Of a stretch of 64,000 nt of DNA, positions 51,946 to 64,000 are shown piece by piece. The notes under the pieces were generated by a model. It was not told where the DNA came from and did no database searches. It saw only the letters and a list, made by a program, of their open reading frames with translations. Source of the stretch: Octopus vulgaris (Eukaryota); the NCBI GenBank assembly GCA_951406725.2, contig OX597824.1:3100001-3164000 (forward strand), in the 5' to 3' direction. A program made the translations under genes and the position numbers. Every line of letters begins with the position of its first letter. Within the stretch, counting starts at the first letter, position 1.

Positions 51946-52413
51946 TTTCACTTTATTAAATTGTCAAAGATACAGAAGTTGTTTGATTAAGAAATTTGCA
52001 TATCGAGCAAATGGTGTCTGCGTTCAGTCCCAATGAGTGGCATTTTGGGTGAAAGTCTTCTTCTACAGACTGGAGTACATTTTAGCCTTGGTCCCTATCC
52101 GGTCCTCATTTCTTGGTTTATGATTGAAATGCACAAAAAGATATTGTAGAAAGATTTGTCAATGTTCCTTTTGTGAAAGGAAAATATTCAAGATGTCTCC
52201 TCTCTCTTTCTCTCTCTCCCCTCTCGCCTCTCTCTCTCTCTCTCTCTCTCCCTACTCTTTCCCACCTTCCCCTCACTGTTATTTTATATGTTTCCTTTAA
52301 AAACAAAATAAGGGTGTAAATAAATAAAAAGTAACAAACAAAATTCCTTTATTTATATCCATGTGTAGTAAAAGCAGTGCAATTACGTGAAGAAATCTAA
52401 AAACGAAAAATGA

Positions 52414-52710
52414 ATCATCATCATCATCATCATCATCATCACCATCATCATCACCATCATCATCATCACCATCATCATCACCATCATCATCATCATCGTC
52501 ACCATCCTCCTCCTCATCATCATCATCATCATTATCATCACCATCCTCATCATCATTATCATCATCATCATCACCATCCTCCTCCTCATCATCATCATCA
52601 TTATCATTATCATCATCATTATCCTCATCATCACCATCATCATCATCATCATTATCATCACATCATCATCATCGTCACCATCACCATCATCATCATCATC
52701 CCCTTCATCA
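52414..52710 (+). repeat. (CAT)n compound trinucleotide tract
   Basis: CAT/CAC/CCT/TAT variants; the source of the poly-His and poly-Met pseudo-ORFs. Confidence 0.95.
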
Positions 52711-54229
52711 TAGTTGTCAAGATCACTGTCCTCAAGTAGTGGGAAAGAATGTGGAAAAAAGTGGGGAAAAGTAAGAAGAGGAGGACGAAAAAGAAAGGAA
52801 TAGATTAAAGGTCGAAAGAAGTGGAAGGAGAGGAAGAAAGAGGAGAGGATAGTCACAAAGTATAACAAATAAGAAATCCAGTTCGTTTTCTTTATTATGA
52901 TATAAAGGAAAAAGAATCAATTGTTGGTTCGGTTTATTTAATCAATTTTTGTCCAAAAATATTACATTTACTTTTGAACAAAGAATTCCAGCATTTTGAA
53001 AGTTTGTGCATCGATCTGTAACTGTGTTGATAATTCTCAATAGTTTATGTAATCGATCATAATGTCTTTTTATTCTGAGGCTTGAGATTAGTTTTATTAT
53101 CATTCTTATTGTCGCCATTTTATTGCCCTTTGACACCTTTGATTCCTGGCCATAGAAGAGAAATGGTCTCTCTTGAGGCTAACTTGCTCTTGGTAACAGC
53201 AAAATGAACAGCACTGATCGTAACAGCAAAATGAAGGCAGCACTGATCGTGAAATTCTTTATTTAGTGTTCTGGAATACAGAAGGATTCAGTTATGATGC
53301 AGAAAGATTTCAAGACTGGAAATTACTAAAACTAAGCTTAATCTATATCGTTTTTTTTTAGTCTTGAATTTCTGTTTTAGATTTAGTCTATTGTTATTTA
53401 TTTGGTTTTATACATGACTGACTTCGGGCGAGATCACTAACATACTGTAGACCTCGCCTGAGGTCAATGATATAAAGTTGACCTTAGAGGGATTTGAACC
53501 TGGAATACAAAGTGCCATAAATTAATACTGCAAAAATGTTGTGCAACTCCTGAACGTTTAATTCATGGGCGCACACGCCGAAGAGCTAGAATCGAAACAA
53601 TAACATTTATGTCTATAATTATTAATACCTTCCTGACAGATTTGAACGTGATTCTCTGATCGCTGTTATGTTTTGGTCATTGTAGAATATATCCTCACTT
53701 TACACGATATATGTTCATAACACACGCGTATCATTGTTCCCCGACTTATGAGGACTGTTTCGTGATGTTTCGAACTCGTTTACAACATCAGTGAATCGCG
53801 TATGTTAAGAACATCTATCGTCTAAAGGGCGATGTTTTCTCGACGGACCAAAAACAACAAGGATCAGATATTCACATAGAATCTGCCAAAAGGTATTAAC
53901 AATGGATACGTCATTGTCTTTCTCGCGTATTTAAACTAGATTATATTATTCGAATTGCCAGGAGACGAGGGGCAATCCTCTACTTTCCAATGTATTACGA
54001 CGATATAGATAAAAATTAGGCGATGAAGTAACAAATAATATGAATTTTTCTGACGATTGACCTAAACTTTTCAATGACTATGAAACCCTGCAAAATAAAA
54101 ACAACTTTCACTAAAAGCATATACTTTAAAGTAATATCCGCAACGACAGGAAAGCACTCCTGAGAAATTATACATACATACATACATACATACATACATA
54201 CATACATACATACATACTAAGACAAATCC

Positions 54230-54770
54230 ACTGGTCCTCGATCCTCCCAGAACACTGAAAATGGGTCCGAATATGCCAGAAGCGGCGTAAAAGAATTATG
54301 TAAACAACCGCTCCCGCCATCGCTATATTCAAGTGTGTCTTCAAATTTAGCTGACTCAGCAGCGAAGACGCGGAATACATCCAACTCAGAAACATTTTAA
54401 AATTACAATTCGCAAAAAAATTTGTAGACTCTGCGTTTGCAATTCAGGCAAAAGAAATTGCCACAAAGTACCTGGTGAACAAGGGAGACAGTGACGCTCT
54501 TGTAATCCCCAGGTATGTGACCTCTCTCCATTTTGTTTCTCCGATAAATATAGCTGTTTTCAGAGTGGGGAGTGTGAATGTTCGTGGCTTGGAGTCAGCT
54601 TGGAAGCAAGGTCACTTGCTCAACAACCTCAGGGCACTCGATTTAGATAGGAGCTGCAATTAGTGATACAAGGGTTTCTAATGCGCAAGCGCTAGCACCC
54701 ATTTTATGACGAGTATGAAATATTCCATGGTCTGTCGGCAACAGGCAGCGGAGTAGCAATGGAGATGGCT
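54230..54770 (+). mobile_element. L1/Tx1-like LINE 5' relic including the APE endonuclease N-terminus
   Basis: FRVGSVNVRGLESAWKQGHLLNNLRALDLD matches the APE motif I start (xNVRGL), followed by a degenerate ISETR-like segment. Confidence 0.7.
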
Positions 54771-55329
54771 GGTCTTATGCCACTTCCACTCATATTCTCA
54801 CGACTCACTCCTTTTCTTCATTACATCACCCATACAGTTTTTCCAGTCTCCTCTCTCTTCTTCTTCTTCTTCTTCCCCATCCAATCCTTACACCAATGTT
54901 TTTCATTTCCTTTATCAATCTGAAATTGTTCAAAAGGCACATTATCACTCACATCGCCTCCAAAGGCACATCAATCGCATCGTTTCGAATAGACTACGAA
55001 GAAGACCATAGTTGCAGCCTCTTCTCCCAGGCCAATCCATTAAGAGAATACTGAACAATACCTTTAACACAGAAGCTCAGAATAACGACTGCAGTTGTAT
55101 GGTTTTCACTTGTTTTCCTACGCGCTGTAGTTAAATAACGTAACCTCGACGACACTGTGCTTCGTATAGAGAAGGATATAAACGGGTTTGAAACAAGATG
55201 TGAAAGAGTAATGCAAAAAGCCAAGAGTTATGATGTAAAATTGGTGTCACATTTTATTTCTTGTTGCTTGGACCACCTGAAACATTGTTTTGTTAAAAGA
55301 AAAAGTAATGATATTATAAACGGGGTTAA

Positions 55330-56330
55330 AAAAATTTATTGAATTAAAATATGTTCCATTATATTCAATTACATCGTTGAAAACGTGTATTAAATTAAAT
55401 ATGCAAATTATAAAATACTGTTCGTGCTTTGAGACTGAGAACTGCTGAAATGATTCAACAACCGCTTGTTGGTTCGCTGATCCTTTATTAACGATTCCAA
55501 ATGTTGTAAAATGTGGTGATGCGTTGGGGAGATGCTTGAAGACAATCGGGAACGCAATATAATTGCATAACCTGGCTCTGTTAATATCCGAAGCGTGATG
55601 TCAGAAGTATGTGGTTGAGTGTTATCGTCAAACAACATTTGTTCATCTCTGTTCAGCGATATTGATGCTTTGACTTGAATTCTTCATGTTTACAGTCCAT
55701 TTCCTATCACCGTGATGTTACACTGGTTGATTAGTATTAATAAATTAAACCCCTTCATACAAAGCTCCATATATTCACTTTAACCATTTAAATTGTGTTT
55801 GCTTTTTAAAATGTTCAAAACTTTACAGACGTCTGCATCTAACCATTGTTCAGCTCGTTTTATATTATCAAACAATTTGCCTCGTGGTTCCTCATTATGG
55901 TCATTGCTTCTCGCTGAAACAAAAGTAAAAGTAAAAATATCCTTTTCTCTTCACAAGTAACAAAACGGTGCATAAAGTTTTCTTTATGTCGCCAATGAGC
56001 TGCGTTACATTCCACTTTTAGTTGCCACAATTTCCGATTTTCAGGCAATTCTTGTGGGATCTAATTATCAAGCTTCATCATTTCACTTGATGAGGAAAAA
56101 ATAGCAGGACGAGTCTCAGAAGATATTACCAAGTCTACTGCAAGTTATTTGCCCGTCGTTTTACAGTTTCTTGCTCGCAGAATTCTTAATTGCTCTTCCT
56201 TTATAACATATGTATTTTTATGGTGAAGCACAATATCCATGATTTCGTATTTTCAGCGCAAAATTTCTGAAACTGCACCGTTCGTGGGTTAACACAACAT
56301 TCTCTAAACGTCTAAATTAATGTTTTTTAT
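55330..56330 (-). mobile_element. Degenerate mariner transposase relic
   Basis: IPQELPEN (WVPHEL), FMHRFVTCEEKRI (FLHRIVTGDEKW), LFDDNTQPHTSDITLRILTEPGY (LHDNARPH), SPTHHHILQHL (SPTDYHFF.HL), all collinear. Confidence 0.8.
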
Positions 56331-58180
56331 AGTTTCAGTTACATTAGTTCAAATTTAGAGAAAAAGCAACAAAAAGTATACCTTGCTCTCTGAAAGAGTT
56401 GCTTCGCGCCTTTTATCCTACAATCCCTATTTTAAACTCTCTGCTTTACATTTTAAACGCAATGCGCCAGGGATTGCGAACATTGATGTCATTTCCGACG
56501 CGACATGAAACAAAACAAATTTATTATCAGAACGTGTAGGTGAAAATGTGGTTGTGTTGTTAAGAAGCAACCAAGTGGTCTCAGGTTCAGTTCCCTTGTG
56601 CTCCTACTTTAGCCTCGGACCGACCAATGCCTTGTCTATGAATTTTGTAGATGAAAACTGTATGGAATCCGTCGTGTTTGTGTGTTTGTGTTTGTCACCC
56701 CGCTGCTTGTCAACAGGTGTTGGCTTGTTTCCATCGCTATGGCGGCGAGGTGACAGAATCATTAACGTGTCGGACAAAATGCGTAGCAGCATTTCTTCCG
56801 ATTCTTTGCGTTCTAAGTCCATGTTGATAAAATAATGTACCAGTCAATTACTGGGATCATTATAATCGATTAACCCTCTCCCCTTAACATGTTTCGCCTT
56901 GTGTCAAACCTTTGAAGGCATATTAAAGGCAGGATTTCCAAGAGGAAATCTCTAAATGACCTTCCCAACAAGAACCCTTTCAAATTATTCTTTGCCGCCT
57001 AAAAAAAAGAAGTAACAGTGTTATAATAGAAATGCGATGATCGAGATGAGGATGGAATGGAGAACGATGGAATCTCTTTGATCTTTTTCAAGGAAACCTG
57101 CTGAATAATTTAATCGTTGATATTCAATGCCTGAAATAAGAGTAGAGTCGTCATGACTAGGGCTTTTTTGGATCATAAGAGTCTACTCGTCCAGGACTGA
57201 CCTGAGACAAAACAAACAGGACTGGAGTATATGCGATTGAACTGTTATGTACAATTAACATATATAATTTCATTATAAAACGAAATGTGTAAGTAAAGGA
57301 TCAATTATCTATCCCCTGTTACTAGTGCTGTACTGGACCCTAAGTAAACATATTTAACCCCTATGATCCCTATTTAGTTCATTATAAATATTACAGCATA
57401 ACATGAAGCAACTCAGCATTGTGAATCGTAGGATGAATGTAAAGAGCAGAAATGTTTTGTTTTCTTTGGTTACCAAGGAACATTCAACTTCAGTTTTTAG
57501 TAAAGCTTGCAAGAAATAGGTTCTGCCACATCAGGTTCTGATTCACGTGTTGCATTATGATGAAATATTCGATGGAGGACCGAAAACTCAGTGAGTTATG
57601 GTACTCATCTTTGTTACAAGCGAGAACAAGTCAATAATTTCAAATTTCCCTTCTTTTCTCCCCATGTTATTCCAGCACCCATTAACTAACAGTTGTTCTA
57701 GAGGAACCTTAACTGTGTTGATTTAACTTGTCTCAGAAATCCCATGAGAGCCACGGGCCTTCACCGAACTCTGTGAGGTTCTTCTAGGAAGATCATGAAC
57801 TTGTAAAGGGTGATGATTGCCCAACTGAAAATATAATTTCTTGGTGTTGGGCAGTAAATCAATGATATAATACTAAATTAAAAAAATGTATTTGCTGAAA
57901 AAAAAATTGAAAGAAAAACGTCTTTTACAGGTTAAATTTTTTGTTGAATATTTAATTTTCCAAGCGAAAATAATCCGTAATCTTGGTGCTAATATCTGAT
58001 TGAGGAGCTTCCAGTCTGACATTACTGGAAGTCAGAGAAACTTTGGGAAGACAGAAGAAAGATAATGGTGACACCTGTCGAAAGATAGAACAGAACTTCA
58101 TGGAAACTATTCGAGCATTGAACGCTAGTTTTCTTTTCTAACAATTAAGATGATGGCGGGCGTTGAGATGGCTGCGGGGC

Positions 58181-58258
<78 letters not shown>

Positions 58259-58930
58259 GCTCTTGTTGCTTAGCGTCACGCCGCTACGTACGTAACCATA
58301 CAATTGCATTGTTTGTTGTAATTGTTGAGCTGTTGAGTAGGGTGAGAAAACCTTTGGCCAAAGATCCTCCAGCCACAGCTATCTCAGCATTTCCACATCA
58401 GAGAAAGTGTATCCAGAACCACATTATCCTGTATGTCTGCTTCTTGTTCAGACAGTAGGATCAGGATGCAGTCTATCTCCATCGGGTTCAGTTATCATGT
58501 AGCAACTCGCTCGCTGGTCCCTGCTCTCTTTAGAGTTAAAGGTGCTGGCATGTAGAGTGGCAGTGAAATCATGTAACATTTATGGAACCTATGCTGAGCA
58601 CGTGCCTTGGCCAAATGGGTAAGAAACTTGCTTTGAAATCACGAGATTCCGGGTTCGATCTCACTGCTTGGATTTTTAAGCAAGTCTTTTTTGACCCCAA
58701 CCTTGTAGACTGAAATTGTGCGAACCGTTGTCAAATGAACTGCCCTTGTAACTCAAGGAACCAACTGTTTCGTTTTTGATTTCTTAGAATTCGCGGAGAT
58801 GAATTGCAAGTTGACTGTATGTAGTGACATCACAGTTATTCGTAACCTTACATTAACGATGATAAAATGTTTATTATTTGTCTCGGACACCTAGTGTGCA
58901 TGAGCATAGACATATGTGTATGTGTATGTG

Positions 58931-58970
<40 letters not shown>

Positions 58971-59009
58971 CATGCAAAATGTTTGTATAAGTATAAGACT
59001 ATAGAATTT

Positions 59010-59288
59010 GCCTTCCGTTTCCCAGCTGATCACAAAGCTTTTTAGTGAAGCTTTAAGTGTGTCCTTGAAGTGCGTTTTCTGTGCCCCGTGCATGAGCCTG
59101 TCTCTCGCCTGTTCGCTGCAAAACAGTCTCTTGGGGAGTTGTGTGTCAAGTATTCGAAAAAATGTGGTCTTCACACCTGATTTGTACTTTCCTTAGCAGT
59201 TCGTAAATGCTTGGCAGATCAGCTCGAGAGAGAGAGAGAGAGGGAACTTCGTGTCTTGGACTTTGTCTTGCCTGATAGTTTTCAGTGC
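59010..59288 (-). mobile_element. RTE LINE fragment (same family as 3340-4842)
   Basis: LSRADLPSIYELLRKVQIRCEDHIFRILDTQLPKRLFCSE...GAQKTHFKDTLKASLKSF, with a (GA)n expansion inside the LSR codons. Confidence 0.85.
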
Positions 59289-59349
59289 ATATATACATAC
59301 ATACACACATACATACATACATACATACATACATACATACATACGTACG

Positions 59350-59383
<34 letters not shown>

Positions 59384-59860
59384 CATGCATACATGCATAC
59401 ATTCATGCATACATACATACTTACATATATACATGCATGCATACATACATACTTACATATATACATACATACATACATACATACATACGTGCATACATAT
59501 GTACGTACATACATACATACATACATACGTACGTACATACATACGTACATAATCCATACATACATGCATACATGCATACATACATACATCCATACATACA
59601 TATATACATGCATACATGTATACATTCATGCATACATACATACTTACATATATACATGCATCCATCCATCCATACATACATACATACATACATCCATACA
59701 TACATACATACAAACACATACATACATACAAACATACATACATACATACATACGTACATACATACGTACGTACATACATACATACATACATACATACATA
59801 CATACATACATACATACATACATACATACATACATACATACATACATACATACATACGCA
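59289..59860 (+). repeat. (CATA)n tract with an internal ~70-bp higher-order duplication
   Basis: The variant block tacatatatacatgcatacatg.atacattcatgcatacatacatacttacatatatacatgcat occurs at about 59375 and 59597. Confidence 0.9.
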
Positions 59861-60335
59861 CACGCAGATTTTATACAGGTGTGTTTTTACCTGGGTTCAG
59901 ATAGCAAGGATTGTTTCTGGAATTGTTTTCGTGTATCATGCAAGTGAGAACTCGTCGAATCTGGATGTTTGTGAAAAGTCGAAGAGAATAGGATAACAAA
60001 AATATTCATATTATAGGTTAAAATAATGAATGCTTCTGATTTTTCATTCTTGAAAATGTCATTCAAGTTCCAGACATTGCGAATTCTTCATTGAATAGAT
60101 TCTTAATTATATCATTTACCTAGCAGACAGCACGAACTGATTCCGCTAATCAGATTGAATACATTAAAATGTTCTTGTAACTAGCCTCTCATTTTATCTT
60201 GGATGGAAGAGATTCTCTAAAAGACAAAAACAGACTGGCGGTTCTGCGATTTTCCGTTACTGCATTAAGATATCTCGGAACTAGAGCTCTACATTACTTT
60301 ATATGCATGAACCATGCTTTCTTTATCTTGAACAT

Positions 60336-60412
<77 letters not shown>

Positions 60413-60620
60413 TTGTGTGTGTGTGTGTGTGTGTTTGTATGTATGTGTGTGTGTGTGAGAGGGTATGTGTTTGTATGTGTGTGTGCGCGCGCGTACATAA
60501 ATGTGTGTACACTCCTCATCGTCTTCCTGGGTTTCCTGGATTCAAGCCTTCACACCCGCTTCCATTACTTTTCTTTCGCCTTTTTCTAACATGGGGTCTC
60601 AAGTGACTGCAAAGATGTAG

Positions 60621-60694
<74 letters not shown>

Positions 60695-60695
60695 C

Positions 60696-60741
<46 letters not shown>

Positions 60742-60951
60742 TATTGTGTCTGGGGAGAGTCATTCTCTTTCAACGTCTGATTGTTTGACACACTCACCGG
60801 TTCGGCTTCCACTCGTTTAGTTATTTATTTGTTCATAAATTTTCAATGCATTTTGTAACTTTTTCAATAGTCATTGACTCTGTCCGTTATCAGAGCTGCA
60901 TCCTTTTTGTTTGTTTGTTTGTGCGCATGTGTATACACGTATGTATGCTTG

Positions 60952-61039
<88 letters not shown>

Positions 61040-61106
61040 CGCGTGTGTGTGTGTGTGTATGTGTGTGTGTGTATATGTACGTATGTATATATGTATGTAT
61101 GTATTC

Positions 61107-61410
61107 ACTAGCTGACGTACCTGGTAATTCTCAGAAAAGCGGGCTTTTCCCTTAATTCCGTTGTCATAATTGTTTCGCTAATCCAGTATCAACAATAGAA
61201 AGTATGTAGTCCTTAAAATGGTTTTTGCGCATTTACAGAGAATATCAAAACTAACTGACCATGACGTTTTCTTCACTCCTGTTGTAGAGGGGTTCTGTGC
61301 CTCCGGCCATTTGAATCTGAGGAGTTGCCTATACGACTAAGTGCTTTATAGCCGCGAAACCAATGGTCACTCGATGACGGCTATAACAATCGATCTTTAT
61401 AAATGAATAA
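61107..61410 (-). mobile_element. Degenerate non-autonomous Helitron-like element
   Basis: Starts ACTAGCTGACGTACCTGG (reverse complement of a ...CTAG 3' end) and ends acaatcgatctttataaat. Same architecture as 5627-6000. Confidence 0.4.
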
Positions 61411-61744
61411 TTATGTATATATATTCAGATTCCAGTACTTATTTATGCAACTCTCATCCTCCATAACCACCTCGAATGACCATCCTATGCGAGATGAGAT
61501 CAATACAATTGCATCCCCACCGTTATTGAATGGTTCAGTTCTATGGAAAAACAAACCACTCAGCTGATATACCCAATTCTATATACTACATTTCGACGCA
61601 ACTATATTCAAATACGTTCTCCCAGAAACTTTATATCTTTGTATAATTTGTATCGAGCAGCACGCTTTTAATTCTTTCTTAATTGCGTCATTATTTTCTG
61701 TTTTGGTGTAAATCGTTTAAGAAAATCATCTTATAGTTGTGGAG

Positions 61745-61971
61745 GCCATCCGAGTGGCTTTTTCCGATCTCATGAATAGCGCGCGAGAAAGAGAGGGAGG
61801 GAGAGAGGAATAGAGAGTAAAAGAGAGAGAGAGAGAGAGAGATAGTGCGATAGAGAGCATGAGAGAGGGATAGGTAGAGAGAGAAAGATAGGGTGGGCAG
61901 CCAGACAGACAGACAGACGGACGGCAGACAGACGACGGATGGGTTTTTGGATCAACCGTGAGAAACTCGGA
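61745..61971 (+). promoter_or_regulatory. Candidate promoter / non-coding first exon of the copine gene
   Basis: Locally CpG-rich, GA-rich segment ending in GGA|GTAAGT (61972-61977), followed by a T-rich intron-like tract about 1 kb upstream of the copine exon. No in-frame ATG. Confidence 0.35.
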
Positions 61972-62960
61972 GTAAGTATTTTTGGAGATTCAGTTCTTAA
62001 TAAGTTACCTGACTACATTTTTTTGTTGTTATTGTTACCTTTTTGCTACATACATTTATACGAATCTGTGTTTGGGAGTAGTAGTATTTTGGTTTCGTTT
62101 TGTTTTTCGGAATTTTAAAATTGCTATTTTTACAAGATAAATAAATTGATATTTTAGTTAACTGTCATACATATTTGTTTTATCTCATTATCTTACTCAA
62201 TAATGTGTTTTTGATAATTAAATCCTGTCTAATTTAATTGAGTATACAACTGATAAACAAACAAGACACTGATTTCAAAAATACAAAACCGCAGCTGAAC
62301 AAATATGTTGTTCTATAAGCAAAGGAAGAAATTTCTACCTGGTCGTTCTTCTTGTTAGAAATAGCAGCCAAATCTCCCTCAGAACAGATGCTACTATCTT
62401 AAAAAGAAGAGCGCATGAAGGACAAATTGGACGTTACACTCCCAATATCTGGAAAAAACATGTTATGATCATAACTAGAAAGCCTCTAATTATAAATACG
62501 ATTAATAAGAGATGACCCTGTGTTAAACAACAAAACGTTGCCCTTTAAATAGACAAATTAAAATGTATTAGGTGAGGAATTGGTATCAAGTTAACTGAAA
62601 AGAATATTGTTATCCTAAAGCTAGACGGTATGATCATATCAGGAACGCCTTTATTTATTGACGCTATCAATAAAGGCTAATCTAAAGCTTAACGACAACA
62701 TATTGCCCTTAAAATGTATTTAGGTGCGGCTAAACAGCGACACTTTGCCCTTATAATTAAACAGTTTAGAATAAATTTCATGTGGTTCAACGACTTGCTA
62801 CAAATAAAATTGACGGTTTAAGCTCCATTTCATAGATATCTGTTAAGGTAATTAAAATGAAATTTTTACTCTAAATCCTGTATTGTAAGGGTTTCCCGAC
62901 ACATAATATGCACTATTTTATAATGAGTTATATTGTGGACGTTTTTTGTTTTTAATTCAG

Positions 62961-63048
62961 GAACTTGAGAGATAGAGACCTGTTCTCTAAATCCGATCCA
63001 GTATGCATTCTCTACACAAAGAATTTCAAAAGTGAAACGTTTTACGAG
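62961..63048 (+). CDS. Internal coding exon of a copine (C2A domain, CPNE8/CPNE5/CPNE3-like)
   Basis: Acceptor tttttgtttttaattcAG before 62961 and donor GAG|gtaaga after 63048. After 1 nt completing a split codon it reads NLRDRDLFSKSDPVCILYTKNFKSETFYE, matching the copine C2A signature (human CPNE8 CRNLLDRDTFSKSDPICVLY...EWRE) with the Ca2+-binding DxDxxSKSDP loop. Flanking exons were not identified in the window. Confidence 0.92.
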
Positions 63049-64000
63049 GTAAGATACTTACTCTCCTTCTCTCCACACACTTTCACAGAATCCCTCTCAC
63101 ACCCAAGAATGCAAAGACATCTTCCTTGTTCAGTTCTACACTCAACTAAACGGAGCCCGTTTAATCAAAGTGCATGCGGTTGAGTACTCCACAGACACGC
63201 TTTTAATACTCATACGAAATCAGTGTGGCATTGTGCGACATGGCTGTATCTCTTGAATTACAGCTTCAATTCATCCGAAGGGCTTCCATACAGTTTCCGT
63301 CAACTGTATTTTACTCACAAGTGTCAGTACTTGAATATAGAAAAGGACACTTGCCCAATATGTCATGCGGCCGCATCGAAACCGGGATCTCATGATTCCT
63401 ACATGCTTTACGCATGAGTACGTGCGTGTGTGCATGTGTGTGTGTGTAAGTGTGTGTGTGTGTGTGTGTGTGCATAAATGTACGTATTACTGTGTATATG
63501 TGTGCCTGATTTTATCGGTGTAAGCTCTTTGTTTTAAAAATCTTGACTTAGTGATTCTATAAAATGCATACGAAACTTATTTAAATTGTGGGGTCAGTAT
63601 GATGAATTAACTCTTGAATGCGATGCGCCATTCTAAGCACAGCCCAATGATTGAATCCATTTATGGAGTAATACATAATTAATGAATAAATACTTCCATT
63701 TTACTTTGTGTGTGTGTGTGTGTTTGTGTGTGTGTGTATGTGTGTGTGTGTGTGTGTGTTTGTGTGCGTGTGTGCGTGTGAGCGACAAAAGCAGTATTAA
63801 TATGTATTAAAATTTAGTATTAAATGAGGATAAATATTACTCTAATATAGTCACAATCTACCAGCGCAAGGAAGTGTGTACAGAGTGTGGCAACTTTCGG
63901 GGAATCTCTCTCCCGGAAAACGCCGGCAAGACCTTCTTATGTATTCTCCGACAACATCTGTTTGATGTTATCAACATGGTCATGCCTGAGTCCCAGAGTG

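Noticed and set aside
52383-52868. Poly-His and poly-Met ORFs as a metal-binding protein
   Set aside because: Pure (CAT)n microsatellite, open in several frames, with no convincing splice context or unique domain.
53194-53250. 27-29-bp tandem duplication gtaacagcaaaatgaa(gg)cagcactgatc
   Set aside because: Real, but an ordinary two-copy local duplication with no further structure.
58150-58458. ORF with a poly-Val signal or transmembrane segment
   Set aside because: A (GTA)n microsatellite followed by repeat-derived sequence.
59146-59996. Long ORFs (up to 220 aa) of YIHT/MYVC repeats, and similar ORFs across the window
   Set aside because: Translations of (CATA)n, (TA)n, (CA)n and (GATA)n, which lack stops by composition.

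Overview
Eukaryotic, AT-rich DNA saturated with microsatellites and repeats. From memory, its SINE families, CR1/RTE/R4 LINE relics and (TA)n/(CA)n/(GATA)n/(CATA)n load resemble an octopus (coleoid cephalopod) genome; this assignment is inference, not a database result. Nearly all ORFs in the supplied track are translated microsatellites. Only one host coding exon is convincing: an 88-nt copine C2A-domain exon at 62961-63048 (+), so most of the window is probably intron 1 or upstream intergenic DNA of a copine gene. Transposon fossils decoded by manual translation: a Helitron PIF1 helicase, two non-autonomous Helitron-like elements, RTE, CR1, R4/Dong and Tx1 LINE fragments, two mariner relics, a pogo relic, Penelope-like remnants and many tRNA-derived SINEs. 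The most unusual signal is a set of minimal hammerhead-ribozyme-like motifs in short elements embedded in (TA)n tracts. One ~400-bp element (about 11790-12175) carries two oppositely oriented hammerhead motifs flanking a 24-bp hairpin, an ambisense, viroid-like layout. A separate multi-copy family shares a non-canonical CUGU(A/U)GA core. Also notable: (TA)n-centred fold-back palindromes, a recent 442-bp locally templated insertion into the pogo relic, and a cryptic ~31-bp minisatellite. All coordinates and homologies were read by eye.
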